From contig OX597817.1 of assembly GCA_951406725.2 (NCBI GenBank), positions 87,048,001-87,112,000 on the forward strand: a stretch of DNA of 64,000 bases. Reading direction: 5' to 3'. Of the stretch, positions 1 to 12,250 are shown in pieces (position 1 is the stretch's first letter; each line of letters opens with the position of its first letter). The stretch comes from Octopus vulgaris. Taxonomy: Eukaryota. Made by a program: the position numbers and the translations under genes. The notes under the pieces are model-generated. The model searched no databases, had not been told where the DNA came from, and saw only the letters and a program-made list of their open reading frames with translations.

Positions 1-195
1 AAAAAGAATGCGGGAAGTTTTTTTTTTATTATTATCCGTTCTTGCTATCATTTATTACCGAAGGAAAAATAAATCTGAAACATGTAAAGAAGGAAATGAA
101 TAAAGTTTTCAGAAGAATTAGCGAATAAATTATTGTTGACATAAACGTAACCTGACAAACGCACACGCGTACACTCATACATACACGCATATCGT

Positions 196-213
196 GTGTA
201 TGGGTGTATATAC

Positions 214-276
<63 letters not shown>

Positions 277-338
277 TACATATATATGTACATGTATATG
301 AATGTGTATATATATATACATTTACACGTACACATACG

Positions 339-422
<84 letters not shown>

Positions 423-546
423 TGCTCAATGCGGTGTTCAGCATTCATTTTCATCGTATTAATCAGGGTCCTTACAATGAAAGATGTGATTAACTGTATA
501 ATAAAATATTTATTAATTCATTATATATATATATATATTTCTATAA

Positions 547-645
<99 letters not shown>

Positions 646-778
646 TAAATTAATAAATATGAGGGTAGAGGATATATGTATATATATATGTGTATATATA
701 TGTATATATATATGTATCTATCTATATATGTATGTATATACATATGTATGTATGTATATATATGTCTATATATATGAT
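196..778. repeat. Compound (TA)n/(CA)n/(TATG)n microsatellite tracts
   Basis: Directly visible; source of the YIYI/CVCV ORFs. Confidence 0.95.
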
Positions 779-784
779 AAATGT

Positions 785-996
785 TTCTTCTCGAGCCTTG
801 CAAGTCTCATAAGGGCCGGTTTCCCGGATTCAGTGGAGTAGAAGTTTTCCAACTGGACGCGACGCCGGTCCGTCGCAGGATTACTCGTGGAAATGAAGTG
901 TTTTGCTCAAGAACACAACGCATCGCCTGGTCCAAGAATCGAAACCAAAACCTTGTTATCATGAGTTCAATACCTTAACCACTAAGCCACGCGCCT

Positions 997-998
<2 letters not shown>
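785..998 (-). mobile_element. tRNA-derived SINE, family C (GGAGGCGCGTGGCTTAGTGG head)
   Basis: Minus strand has an A box (TGGCTTAGTGG) and a B-box-like GGTTTCGATTC, then the TGTGTTCTTGAGCAA body shared with 4043 and 31020; tail shared with 21388 and 52775. Confidence 0.8.
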
Positions 999-1040
<42 letters not shown>

Positions 1041-1327
1041 GTATGTATATATATGTATATATACATGTATGTATGTATATATATATGTATATATATGTAT
1101 ATATACATGTATGTATGTATATATATATGTATATATATAGATGTATATATATGTATGTATATATATTTATGTATATATATGTATATATATATACATATGT
1201 ATATATAGATATATGTATGTACATATATGTACATATACATATATGTATGTACATTTATGTATATGTATATATATGTGTATATATATATATGTGTGTGTAT
1301 ATGTATATATATATATATATGTGTGTG

Positions 1328-1365
<38 letters not shown>

Positions 1366-1366
1366 C

Positions 1367-1426
<60 letters not shown>

Positions 1427-1557
1427 GTATATACATGTATGTATTTATATGTATATATATGTATGTATTTATATGTTTATTTATATGTATACATATATAT
1501 ATGTGTGTGTATATATGTATATATATATGTGTATATACGTATATATATATGTGTGTA
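998..1557. repeat. (CA)n followed by degenerate (TA)n/(TATG)n microsatellite
   Basis: Directly visible. Confidence 0.95.
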
Positions 1558-2320
1558 TAAAAAATACAAAATATGGTACAAGAAGGTAAAACATCCAGGC
1601 AGCTAGATGATAAAAAGGGACAAGAAAGCATCCAGAGAGATGATACAAAATAGGGACAAAAAATAACACGGACGTGTCGTTCAAAGTTTTCTTTTCTTAA
1701 TTGAGTTCCTGATTATCTTTGCAATTTCGGCTGGTTATACTCGAGATTACTCCAATCTGGCTAGCCCAAAGGAAAAACTAAGCTAAGAGATTCCCTGGAA
1801 GCAGCGAATGTATACGAAAACAAGGACGAAGAAAACCGGAGAAATGGTACACAAATTCAAATGCAAATAACAGGACATAACAGCAGATGTTTTTCGACTA
1901 AGGACGAATTAATTTAAGCTAACGTGTGTGAAAGGGAAGCCTTACGGCAGGGACATGAGAGATGAGAGGCATGGGGAAGAATATCGATGTTGCACGGATG
2001 GTAGTCGAACCAAGAAAGAAAGGTCAGGCTTGGCCGAACACCGGTCACGTGGGGAGAGAGAAGAGAAGTAGAGGCAGAGGGACAGAAGAAGTAGGGAGCG
2101 ACGAGAAAAAAAGCGAGAGAGTGAAGTGAAATGAAGAGAAAGCCAGGAAATGTGAGAGGGGGAATGAAAGAAAGAAGAGTAGAAAGAACAAAGTAAATGT
2201 GAAGGGGCTGATAGAAAGAAAGAATGAAAGAATAAAAGAGTCGTACAAAATTTAGATACATATATAAATATATGTACTTACATGTGTATATATGTATATA
2301 TATATGTGTATGTATATATA

Positions 2321-2361
<41 letters not shown>

Positions 2362-2397
2362 ATACGTATCTGTATATGTATATATATATATATATAT

Positions 2398-2580
2398 AAT
2401 GGGAAAGTTTACGAAAATAAACAAAAGACGAAGGCAGGTGGATTATAAACAAACAAATGTATTAGTTTAGCACTCAGGAATAGAAAAAGTCTTTTACGTT
2501 TCGAGCCTACGCTCTTCAACAGAAAGATACACAGAAAAAAACAAGGAGAGAAAAAAAATGTGCGTAGGAGCTAACGATCT
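2398..2580 (-). mobile_element. Penelope-type terminal-repeat fragment with minimal HHR-like motif
   Basis: Reverse complement of the 26260-26400 segment; minus strand reads tcttt-CTGTTGA-a-gagc-gtag-gctc-GAAA-CG-TA-aaaga. Confidence 0.6.
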
Positions 2581-2699
2581 AGGGACTAACGGGTATATGT
2601 TGATTAGTGTGTTGAAGCGTTGAGTTTGGGCTACTTGGTGTCATCTGATACGGTTTGGGCTACTTGGTGTCATTTGCAGTCAGGGTTTCTGCTGGATCG

Positions 2700-2790
2700 T
2701 TTCTTAAGAAACAAGAAAATGGATTTGGTATTAATCTTTATATTGCACAACGGTCGTTTTAACCCATCCTGCTATTGTCCCTTATGGGTA
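2700..2790 (+). repeat. Unclassified dispersed repeat (second copy inverted at about 9620-9705)
   Basis: ATGGATTTGGTATTAATCTTTAT...CCCATCCTGCTA occurs at both sites; both translate as MDLVLIFIL.NG.F.PSCYCPLW. Confidence 0.75.
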
Positions 2791-3578
2791 CCTCTCCGTT
2801 CGAAACTAGTCTTTCTCATTCGCAAAATACCCCCCACCCTTAATTTTGAACAGATCGCTTTCAATTTTGGTGTATCGACGCAACTCTGAACTTTGGTTAC
2901 GATTAACCAATTACTTTATCTTGTAAATTAAAGAATCTGATGTTGTTTGGCATTAAAGTTAGGAAATTTGGGTAATTTTAGCCAATCAACAGACAGTGTA
3001 GCATTAGCAGTTTGTTACCATGACAACCACACACTGCGTTGTGGTTCACTGTTGTCTGTGCGGCTGTTGTCTATGTTGATTTTTCACATTTAATTGTTCA
3101 CACCACGAGGTTGTTTTCACTCGCGTGTTTTATTTTAATTTTCCTGTGTGTTAATACATTACATATTTTTCTGTGTTTCTGTGTGTTAGTATTTTAAATA
3201 CTAAGCTGGCCCCCGACTTGGTTGGCTATCTACGCATGTTTATATCGAGCACAAACTTGCACGAAGTACAGACTTCTGCGTGTTGTTTAATATACATCTC
3301 AGGAAAAACAGCCTTCTTATATAAGCTTGATGTCAGCCTGGTGGTGAATATAATTGTAGCAAACGTAAAACCGCCTATAATTGTATTGTTATATATATTC
3401 ATTACGAAAAGACTGTACCTACCCAGCTAATAGCCAGCAGTGACACTGGATTTAATTATCCCTTAGAGGTATTAAATTCCTCTAACTGGATACCTATATA
3501 TACATACATACATACATACATACATACATACATACATACATACATACATGTGTGTATATATTAATGTATATATACATG

Positions 3579-3619
<41 letters not shown>

Positions 3620-3625
<6 letters not shown>

Positions 3626-3915
3626 ATCACGTGACCGACCAGACCATCAGATGTTGTTACATACATCGCTGGTGACAATGCGTTCGTATTGTTTTAGCCT
3701 TCGAATGACGCCACCCCGCTGCCTAAGCGAGCAGGCCAACAGAAGAAAGAGTGGGAGAAAGAGTGGTGAAAGAGTACAGCAGGGATCACCCCCCCTGCCG
3801 GAGCCTTGTGGAGCTTTTAAGGTGTTTTCGCTCAATAAACACTCACAACGCCCGGTCTGGGAATCGAAACCGCGTTCCTACGACCGCGAGTCCGCTGCCC
3901 TAACCACTGGGCCAT
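3620..3915 (-). mobile_element. tRNA-derived SINE, family C variant
   Basis: Minus strand ATGGCCCAGTGGTTAGGGC...GGTTTCGATTCCC (A and B boxes); middle shared with 21388 and 52775. Confidence 0.85.
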
Positions 3916-3916
3916 A

Positions 3917-3992
<76 letters not shown>

Positions 3993-4042
3993 TATATATG
4001 TGAATATATATGTATGTATATGTATATGTGTATATATATGTA

Positions 4043-4395
4043 TGGAAGGCGCATGGCTCAGTGGTTAGAGCGTCGAGCTTACGATCGTGAGGTTGTGAGG
4101 TTGTGAGCTCGAATCCCGGACCGGGCTGCGTGTTGTGTTCTTGAGCAAGGCACTTTATTTCACGTTGCTCCAGTTCACTCATCTGTTTAAATGAGTTGCG
4201 ACGTCACAGGTGCCAAGCTGTATCGACCTTTGTCTTTCCCTTGGATAACACTGGTGGTGTGGAGAGGGGAGGCTGGTATGCATGGGCGACCGCTGGCCTT
4301 CCATAAACCACCTTGCCCAGACTTGTGACTAGGAGGGTAACTTTCTAGGTGCAATCCCATGGTCATTCATGACCGAAGGGGGTCTTTACCTCTTT
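4043..4395 (+). mobile_element. Full-length tRNA-derived SINE, family C
   Basis: TGGCTCAGTGG A box, GCTCGAATCCC B box, CORE-like TTCTTGAGCAAGGCACTT, short-repeat tail. Confidence 0.85.
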
Positions 4396-4978
4396 ATATA
4401 TGTATATATATCTATGTATATATATATATAGTGTATATATGTATGTATGTGTATATATATGTGTGCATATATATATATGTATAATTTTTCGGCTGGCTTG
4501 TATGTAATTGTATAATTGTATTTCTGTATCTGTTTCTGTATTGTGTGAAAGCTTCCTGATGAGAGGAGTGTCGATTTTAAAAATATGAAATATATCATAT
4601 TACTTGGCACGTCTCTGAAACAGCCCGTTGATGGAATTAAAAAAATTGTGTATTGTTACATTCTTTTAATGCTTTATCATCTCAAAGTTTTATTACACCA
4701 ATATATTATAACTTTTAAATCTAAAATTCCCAGTTTCATGTATCACACCGATATTTATCTATTTATATGTAGTTTTATATTTATATATTTGGAACTTATA
4801 TCCGTTTTATAAATGTAGAAGAATATATGTATATATTCGATTTTGAGTGTGGTTATTAATTATGTTCCTCTAGTTTCTCACTTCCTAGCGTTAAATTAAT
4901 ACATCTGTTTGTTGTTTACACACCCGTTTCGCTTTTTCCTTTTTTGTAAATTCTCACTATATATATGTATGTGTGTAT

Positions 4979-5009
<31 letters not shown>

Positions 5010-5010
5010 C

Positions 5011-5067
<57 letters not shown>

Positions 5068-5068
<1 letters not shown>

Positions 5069-5373
5069 GTTCCCTGCCCAATTCAAGATCACAGCATACA
5101 TGTACACTACAACATAATTTCTTTTCCTGCCCTATTTAATATTGTCCCGACAGAGATCAAAGAGGAAAAGGATCCCATCAACTTTAAACGGAGTCTGAAT
5201 AGATTCCTTCAAGGAATACCAGATAAGCCACCCATAATTGGATACAACTCACCCAACAAAAACTCACTACTTGAATGGACCATAAACAAAACTTGACTTA
5301 AACAGGTTTCAAATAATCCCATCAGGTGGTGCTATTAAGTTAGACATGGCCTGGACCAATCGAAACATATCTA

Positions 5374-5378
<5 letters not shown>
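5068..5378 (+). mobile_element. CR1-like LINE 3' fragment (ORF2 C-terminus plus 3' UTR)
   Basis: [35 protein letters not shown] matches the CR1/L2 ORF2 C-terminal WN.LP...FK..LD.FL..PD.P pattern. Confidence 0.8.
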
Positions 5379-5448
<70 letters not shown>

Positions 5449-5454
5449 CACATA

Positions 5455-6089
5455 TATATATGAATAAATAAATAAATAAATAAATAAATGGAGTTGAACG
5501 AAGATGTTAATAAAATTCCTTTACTTTTGACATATGTTTCGAAGACAACATGGTTTTATACCAAAGGAATAAACGGTGTAAGATGCAATCTTTTCATCAG
5601 CCTTTCCTAAGCCTTTGAACATTCTTATAATCAACGTACCCCTCCCTCTCTATTTGTTCCCTATTTATTATTCCTTTAACCCTTCTCTATCTAACTTTGA
5701 CGTCAATTCTACTAACGTTTTTTTAAAACACTTATTAACGTTTTGTTTATCATGTAGGCAGTCATCGTAATTATTATTTTGTCTTGTTGTTGAGAGAGCG
5801 GCTCCCTTTCTTTCCTGATGAGCAGATTGCACCGTTTATTCCTTTGGTATAAAACCATGTTGTCTTCGAAACATATGTCGAAAGTAAAGGAATTTTATTA
5901 ATATCTTCGTTCAACTCCATTTATTTATTTATTCATATATAACACACAAATTTCTGCACATGGACCCGGAGTTTCTACCTTTGGATTGGTCGCTTCAACC
6001 GTGTTTCTGACGTGAATTTGCTACCCTGGTATCGGTTCATCGAATTTTCCAAGTTGACGGTAAACACAGGATAATTCATTCACCCATCG

Positions 6090-6092
<3 letters not shown>
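5455..6092 (+). mobile_element. Penelope-type inverted terminal module with hammerhead ribozyme
   Basis: About 5455-5620 is the inverted copy of about 5815-5940; homologous to 54343-54843 including the 3' tail CTTCAACCGTG...GTGAATTTGCTACCC.GGTATCGGTT. Confidence 0.75.
5805..5890 (+). ncRNA. Type I hammerhead ribozyme (predicted GUC cleavage after 5879)
   Basis: cctttctttc-CTGATGA-stem II-GAAA-C-ATAT-G-TC-gaaagtaaagg; stem I has 10 bp with one bulge, stem III has a palindromic loop, stem II is imperfect. Confidence 0.75.
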
Positions 6093-6464
<372 letters not shown>

Positions 6465-6465
<1 letters not shown>

Positions 6466-7025
6466 GATTCTATCTAGCTCATGAGCTGTGGCCATGCCGG
6501 GTCACCACCATTTGGTGTTGCTAAATATTTGTACTTCAGGAATGCTTTTTAGGAATTGGCACTTGTTGCATGAGGAAGTTTGATGCCGCTGCGCTCATCT
6601 GCATCTCCTGCCGCGAAGTTGGCTCATCTGGGACTCTTGACAGTAAAAGGTCCAGCTTTATTTTGAAGACACCTACGTCCACCCCATGCAGGTCTCTCAG
6701 GTCCTTCGGAATGATATTGAAAAGCTGTGGTCCTCTAAAGCCTAGGCTCTTGCAGTATCTTGCCCTATACCTTGATGGCAAATTTGGAGTCCTTGGCACT
6801 ATGCAGTGTCGCCCAGTTCTAGCTTTTGGGTAACTCTCGATGCCACGTTTGGACCAAGGAACTTCCAGGAACTTCCAGATGTATATTTTGGAATATCTTT
6901 CTTGTTTACGCTCTAAGAAATAGAGTCTTAATCTCCTGAGTCTTTCCCAGTAGCATATATGCTGCATATAGGCTTTCTCGTGTAGCTTTGTTGTATTGCC
7001 TTAAGTTCTGAGATTAATTTGACAA
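6465..7025 (-). mobile_element. CR1-like LINE 3' fragment
   Basis: ORF 6536-6967: [17 protein letters not shown]...GPQLFNIIPKDLRDL...FKIKLDLLLSRVPDEP. Confidence 0.9.
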
Positions 7026-7488
7026 ACTCACACACGTATATATGTATATATATATGTATATATGCATACATATATGTATGTATATCTATGTATACATATA
7101 TATATGTATGCATATATATACGTATGCATATATCTATGTATGTATGTATATATATGTATATATATATACACACATATATATATATATGTATATGTATGTA
7201 TGCATATATATATATGTATATATGCATATATGTATATGTATGTATATATGCATATATGTATATGCATGTATGCGAATATAAACAAGAAGGGTAGTAATAT
7301 TATTTACTACCAGGTGCCCAGCATAAAAGACGAATTAGTCATAAGACAAAAATATTATTCATATAGAAAAATATTATTCATGTAGTTATACAATTAAGGG
7401 CTCCTAAATTAAGATGCCGAGTGCTGGGAACACTAAAAGGGGATGAATTTATCGAGAGTGAAAATCAAAAACGTTTACCGATAACTTT

Positions 7489-7570
7489 AACAACTCGAAC
7501 CGCGGTTTCTGCTTCTTTCTAGCAAAACACAGAATATGTTTGCTAAGGCTAGCTTCGTCAGCGAGTCGCC
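7489..7570 (-). ncRNA. Type I hammerhead ribozyme, unit 1 (predicted GUU cleavage between 7498 and 7497)
   Basis: Minus strand ggcgactcg-CTGACGA-agct..ttagcaaa..tttgctag..agca-GAAA-C-CGCG-G-TT-cgagttgtt; stem I has 9 bp including G-U pairs. Confidence 0.75.
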
Positions 7571-7942
7571 TAAATTGAATCGAGGTCTGCAGCGATGTGG
7601 GACCATGTGTTGATCTCGACTACTAGCAGATCTTAACTTTTCAAATCTCTGCGCAGACGCAAAACTTACACGGCAGTATAGGGCATGCCGGGAAGAATTT
7701 TACGAATAAATCCATCATGTAATATGCGAATATAAACAAGAAGGGTAGTAATATTATTTACTACCAGGTGCCCAGCACAAAAGACGAATTAGTCATAAGA
7801 CAAAAATATTATTCATACAGAAAAATATTATTCATGTAGTTATACAATTAAGGGCTCCTAAATTAAGATGCCGAGTGCTGGGAACACAAAAAGGGGATGA
7901 ATTTATCGAGAGTGAAAATCAAAAACGTTTACCGATAACTTT

Positions 7943-8024
7943 AACAACTCGAACCGCGGTTTCTGCTTCTTTCTAGCAAAACACAGAATATGTTTGCTAA
8001 GGCTAGCTTCGTCAGCGAGTCGCC
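7943..8024 (-). ncRNA. Type I hammerhead ribozyme, unit 2
   Basis: Same sequence as the unit 1 motif, 454 bp downstream. Confidence 0.75.
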
Positions 8025-8556
8025 TAAATTGAATCGAGGTCTGCAGCGATGTGGGACCATGTGTTGATCTCGACTACTAGCAGATCTTAACTTTTCAAAT
8101 CTCTGCGCAGACGCAAAACTTACACGGCAGTATAGGGCATGCCGGGAAGAATTTTACGAATAAATCCATCATGTAATATGCGAATATAAACAAGAAGGGT
8201 AGTAATATTATTTACTACCAGGTGCCCAGCACAAAAGACGAATTAGTCATAAGACAAAAATATTATTCATATAGAAAAATATTATTCATGTAGTTATACA
8301 ATTAAGGGCTCCTAAATTAAGATGCCGAGTGCTGGGAACACAAAAAGGGGATGAATTTATCGAGAGTATATGAATATATATATATATGTATATATGCATA
8401 TATATGTATTTATATGATATGTATATATGCATATATATGTATATATATATACATATATATATATATAATAACTATTTAATAAATAAAACATATGCATACA
8501 TACATATTTGTACATGCCTACATCTATATGTATATATACATGCATATATATATATG

Positions 8557-9200
8557 AGTACAGGGCACCACAAATTAACGTAGAACACAACGAGAAACGA
8601 AAACATAAAAACAAACATAAAAACAAACATGGAAACAGAGTACAAGACAAACAATACAAGGAATATTCCCCTTCATCAGCTGCCCCTGGTTCGACTCAAT
8701 GCGTGTTTCGAAGGTAAGGGCAGAACAAGACCCGGCCGAAAAAGTCCTTCCTGCAAAATGAATTAAATAAAATTCCTTTGCAGAAGGGTAAAAAAAGTGA
8801 CAAGAACAGGACGTAAAAGCAATACAAATGAAGAAAAAACAGTACACGTAAAGAATAACAACAGGACAAGGAAACCAGCAATAAGGGCATTTTTTTAAGC
8901 CTAGACGGTGGAAAAATTCGTTGGAACGCATTATGAAGATCGACTTGCGGAAGACAGAAGAAAGTCGGTGTTGACTTGTTGAAAGCAGCGGGCAGAAAGT
9001 TTAGTAGTCCGGTCAGCGGCCAGAGAGAGGAGGAGTGAGAGAGAGAGAAGGAGGAGGAGGAGGAGTGTGTGTGTGTGTCTGTGTGTGTGTGAGAGAGAGA
9101 GAGAGAGAGGGGGGGAAGAAACCAGAAAGGGTGAAAAATAAGGAGAGAGACAGGTAGAGAAGAAGACAGACAGGCAGGGAGGAAAGGTCAAGTAAAGAGT
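8557..9200. mobile_element. Unclassified dispersed repeat, related to 32278-32760, 1555-2230 and (inverted) 36100-36720
   Basis: Shared AAACATGGAA...CCCTTCATCAG...TTTCGA...AACAGGACG layout; always abuts (TA)n. Confidence 0.55.
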
Positions 9201-9235
9201 TAAGAGTGCGCGTCATAATAATAATAATGATGATG

Positions 9236-9277
<42 letters not shown>

Positions 9278-9337
9278 GTATATATGTATATATGTATATC
9301 AATCCATCCCTGTCCATCCATTAACTTTACTTGCAAA

Positions 9338-9407
<70 letters not shown>

Positions 9408-9724
9408 TTCATTTTATAGTTTGTCTATATTTACAATTGTTTGCAACTCTTAGTGAAGAAAGATAATAGTAATTGAAAATTGCAGCAATGTTTCATTCCC
9501 TAACCAGATGGGTATATAACAATATGACAGCCAAAACTCAGTATCTTTATGTATGGTTGAACATGATGCGACCCAGACTGCAAAACCGATGCAACACAAC
9601 ATGTTGGACGGAGTCCCAGCCATAACGGACAGTAGCAGGATGGGTCGAAATGACCGTTGTATAAAATAAAGATTAATACCAAATCCATCTTCTCGTTACT
9701 TAAAAAATTTTATATATATATATA

Positions 9725-10230
9725 TCTATATATATAAAACTGTAGTTGTGTGAGTGTCTGTCCCCTTCGATTTAGATTCCTAGCTACTCCCACATTTTGC
9801 GGTGCAGTTTAACCAAATTCGGGTATCTTATAGTCGTGATTCATATCGAGCCCGTCTGGGCACTAGCGCGCGTCTACGATGAGTCTACGATTTTAAAAAT
9901 AATTTAACACCATTCCATTTTAATGCATAATTTTTCGTGTGTCGATGGCGGCGGAGTTGGCGTCCACGCTCACAGCTGCACCTGTTTGCTTCTCCCCCTT
10001 ATTCCCTCCCTCGTGAAGCTGTGGGGAAGGGAGTGTAAGGAAATCAACGTCGTAAAGCGTTGTCAAGGAAACCAGCGTTCTTTTAGAACAACGACTTCAT
10101 GGCTTGAAGACACCGAAACAGTAATGGCTAAGAAAGCCCGAATTGGCATCTATAAGGGAAGTAACTCTCTAAAAATGCTTATATAGTTATTTCCCTTACA
10201 AACCCGAGCAACGCCGGGCGATACTGCTAG
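9725..10230 (+). mobile_element. Non-autonomous Helitron
   Basis: 5' TC-TATATATATAAA; 3' hairpin CCCGAGCAACGCCGGG then CTAG, inserted between A and T. Confidence 0.8.
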
Positions 10231-10246
10231 TATATATATATATATA

Positions 10247-10630
10247 TCTCTCTCTATATAAACGGCAGTTTGTCTGCGTGTGTTTCTGTGTGTCTGTTTT
10301 CTCGTACCCTCACTCTGACCACGGCTTTCAACCGATTCTGATGAAACTTGACACACACATAGACCAATGTCATAATTCAAAACTAACGCAGCGAAAATTT
10401 TGAAAAGTTCCCCCAGTTCTGAAAAAAATCGATAAATTCGACATGGGGTCGAGAATCAGAAACCCAAACCACAGACCGTCTAGGGGACGCAACTCCACCT
10501 TTTTTAACTCTCAAAAAAATTTACCATCATTTTTTTTTCCATTTTTTTGCTATTTTTTGGCTATAACTCTCTAAAAATGCTTTATAGTTATTTCCCTTAC
10601 AAACCTGAGCAACGCCGGGCGATACTGCTA

Positions 10631-10631
<1 letters not shown>
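10247..10631 (+). mobile_element. Second non-autonomous Helitron in tandem
   Basis: 5' TC; last ~70 bp nearly identical to the end of the previous element (TAACTCTCTAAAAATGCTT...GATACTGCTAG). Confidence 0.8.
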
Positions 10632-10666
<35 letters not shown>

Positions 10667-10797
10667 GTGTTATTCGATCATTCTCTACGTGTATGAGAGT
10701 GCGTGTGTTATTTGTTTATATGTGCGTATATCTTTATCTATCTATCTGCATATACATATATACACATAGGCATATGTAGATGCAAACATGCATGTAC

Positions 10798-10849
<52 letters not shown>

Positions 10850-10859
10850 CAAAAATATT

Positions 10860-11240
10860 CTTTTCTATTCTAGGCACAAAGTTCAACATTTTGGGGGAGG
10901 GCGCCAGTCAATTAGATCGACCCCAGTACGCAACTGGTACTTGATTTTTCGACAGTATGAAAGGCAAAGTCGACCTCGGCGGAATTTGAGCTCTGAGCGT
11001 AGAGACAGACGAAATACCTATTTCTTTCCTACCCACAAGGGGCTAAACACAGAGGGGACAAACTAGGATAGACAAACGGATTAAGTCGTTTACATCGACC
11101 CCAGTGCGTAACTGGTACTTAACTTATCGCCCCCAAAAGGATGAAAGGCAAAGTCGACCTCGGCGGAATTTGAACGGCAGACGAAATACCGCCCAGCATT
11201 TCGCCTGGTGTGCTAACGATTCTACCAGCTCTCCGCCTTC
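10860..11240 (-). mobile_element. tRNA-derived SINE family B (GGCGGCGAGCTGGCAGAA type), internally duplicated, with target-site duplication (TSD)
   Basis: ATGAAAGGCAAAGTCGACCTCGGCGGAATTTGA present twice; flanked by TTAAACAARAATATT at 10845-10859 and 11241-11255. Confidence 0.9.
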
Positions 11241-11264
11241 TTAAACAAGAATATTATTTACATG

Positions 11265-11430
11265 GTAATGTTATTATCAGTCCGTTTGAACCAGTGACCA
11301 AACTACTCACTCCGTTTTGTCACGGAAAATATATTCCTATTTTCCATATTCTCGGTGACAAAACGCACTGAGTAGCTTGTTCCCCGGTTTGAACGTGCCT
11401 CAAGCATATTCGGACCGATAATAACATTAC
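11265..11430. mobile_element. Palindromic MITE-like element
   Basis: GTAATGTTATTATCAGTCCG pairs with CGGACCGATAATAACATTAC; inner CTACTCA..CGTTTTGTCAC pairs with GTGACAAAACG..TGAGTAG. Confidence 0.7.
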
Positions 11431-12087
11431 TATTTTACTTATCACTGTTTGGCACACCTCCTCTGTAATTATTGTTATGATTTCGAAGTTTCCACCAGCT
11501 AAACATTCCGGTGGTTAATCTGGTCGAATCTTCAAAGTCGCATTGAATAAATTCCTTTGGGAAAGAATAAGTGTCACAACGTCCATTTTATGAATCATAC
11601 AATCTTACTGTCGTTGTATAAACTAATGATGTTCTAAACTGTAACCAAATATTTGCTACACAACACATCACAAGGTTTTCAGACTTGAACACGCGCACGC
11701 ACACACACATAAAACACGCACACACACACATGATTGTTCTTTTGGTGTGGCATCAAAAGAGCCTTTCAAGAAGGTTTGATGCCATCTTCAAATCATCATG
11801 ATCGTGTGACTTAACTTCTAGTACCCGACATCAGAACAACTGTCCATCGAATATATAAAGCGGCCTTCATAAAATAAATATTAAACAAAATGAAACGGTC
11901 AATAACAGGCATGAACCTACAACACAGGAAATGGTAAATATTATCTCTTATTCTTCTTTCGATACTGGTGAATGAACTTCAAGGTTTGGGTGATCAATAT
12001 TTATTTTGACCCGGATGTTATTTCGTTCTTTTGTATTATTTTTGGTGTAAAAAAGGGCATAACGCGACTCACACACAGACATACATA

Positions 12088-12168
<81 letters not shown>

Positions 12169-12183
12169 TCATATATATATATA

Positions 12184-12238
<55 letters not shown>

Positions 12239-12250
12239 CATTTACCCATA

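Larger units (their letters stand above)
7270..8367 (-). repeat. 454-bp tandem repeat, about 2.4 near-identical units, each full unit carrying a hammerhead motif (retrozyme-like or tandem Penelope pLTR)
   Basis: TGCGAATATAAACAAG starts at 7271, 7725 and 8179; only a few substitutions between units. Confidence 0.9.

Noticed and set aside
32-1684. Long ORFs rich in YI/CV/HT dipeptides, here and throughout the window
   Set aside because: Translations of dinucleotide and tetranucleotide microsatellites that lack stop codons
4043-4125. tRNA gene
   Set aside because: tRNA-like head continues into a SINE body and has an internal duplication; all tRNA-like sequences here are SINE heads
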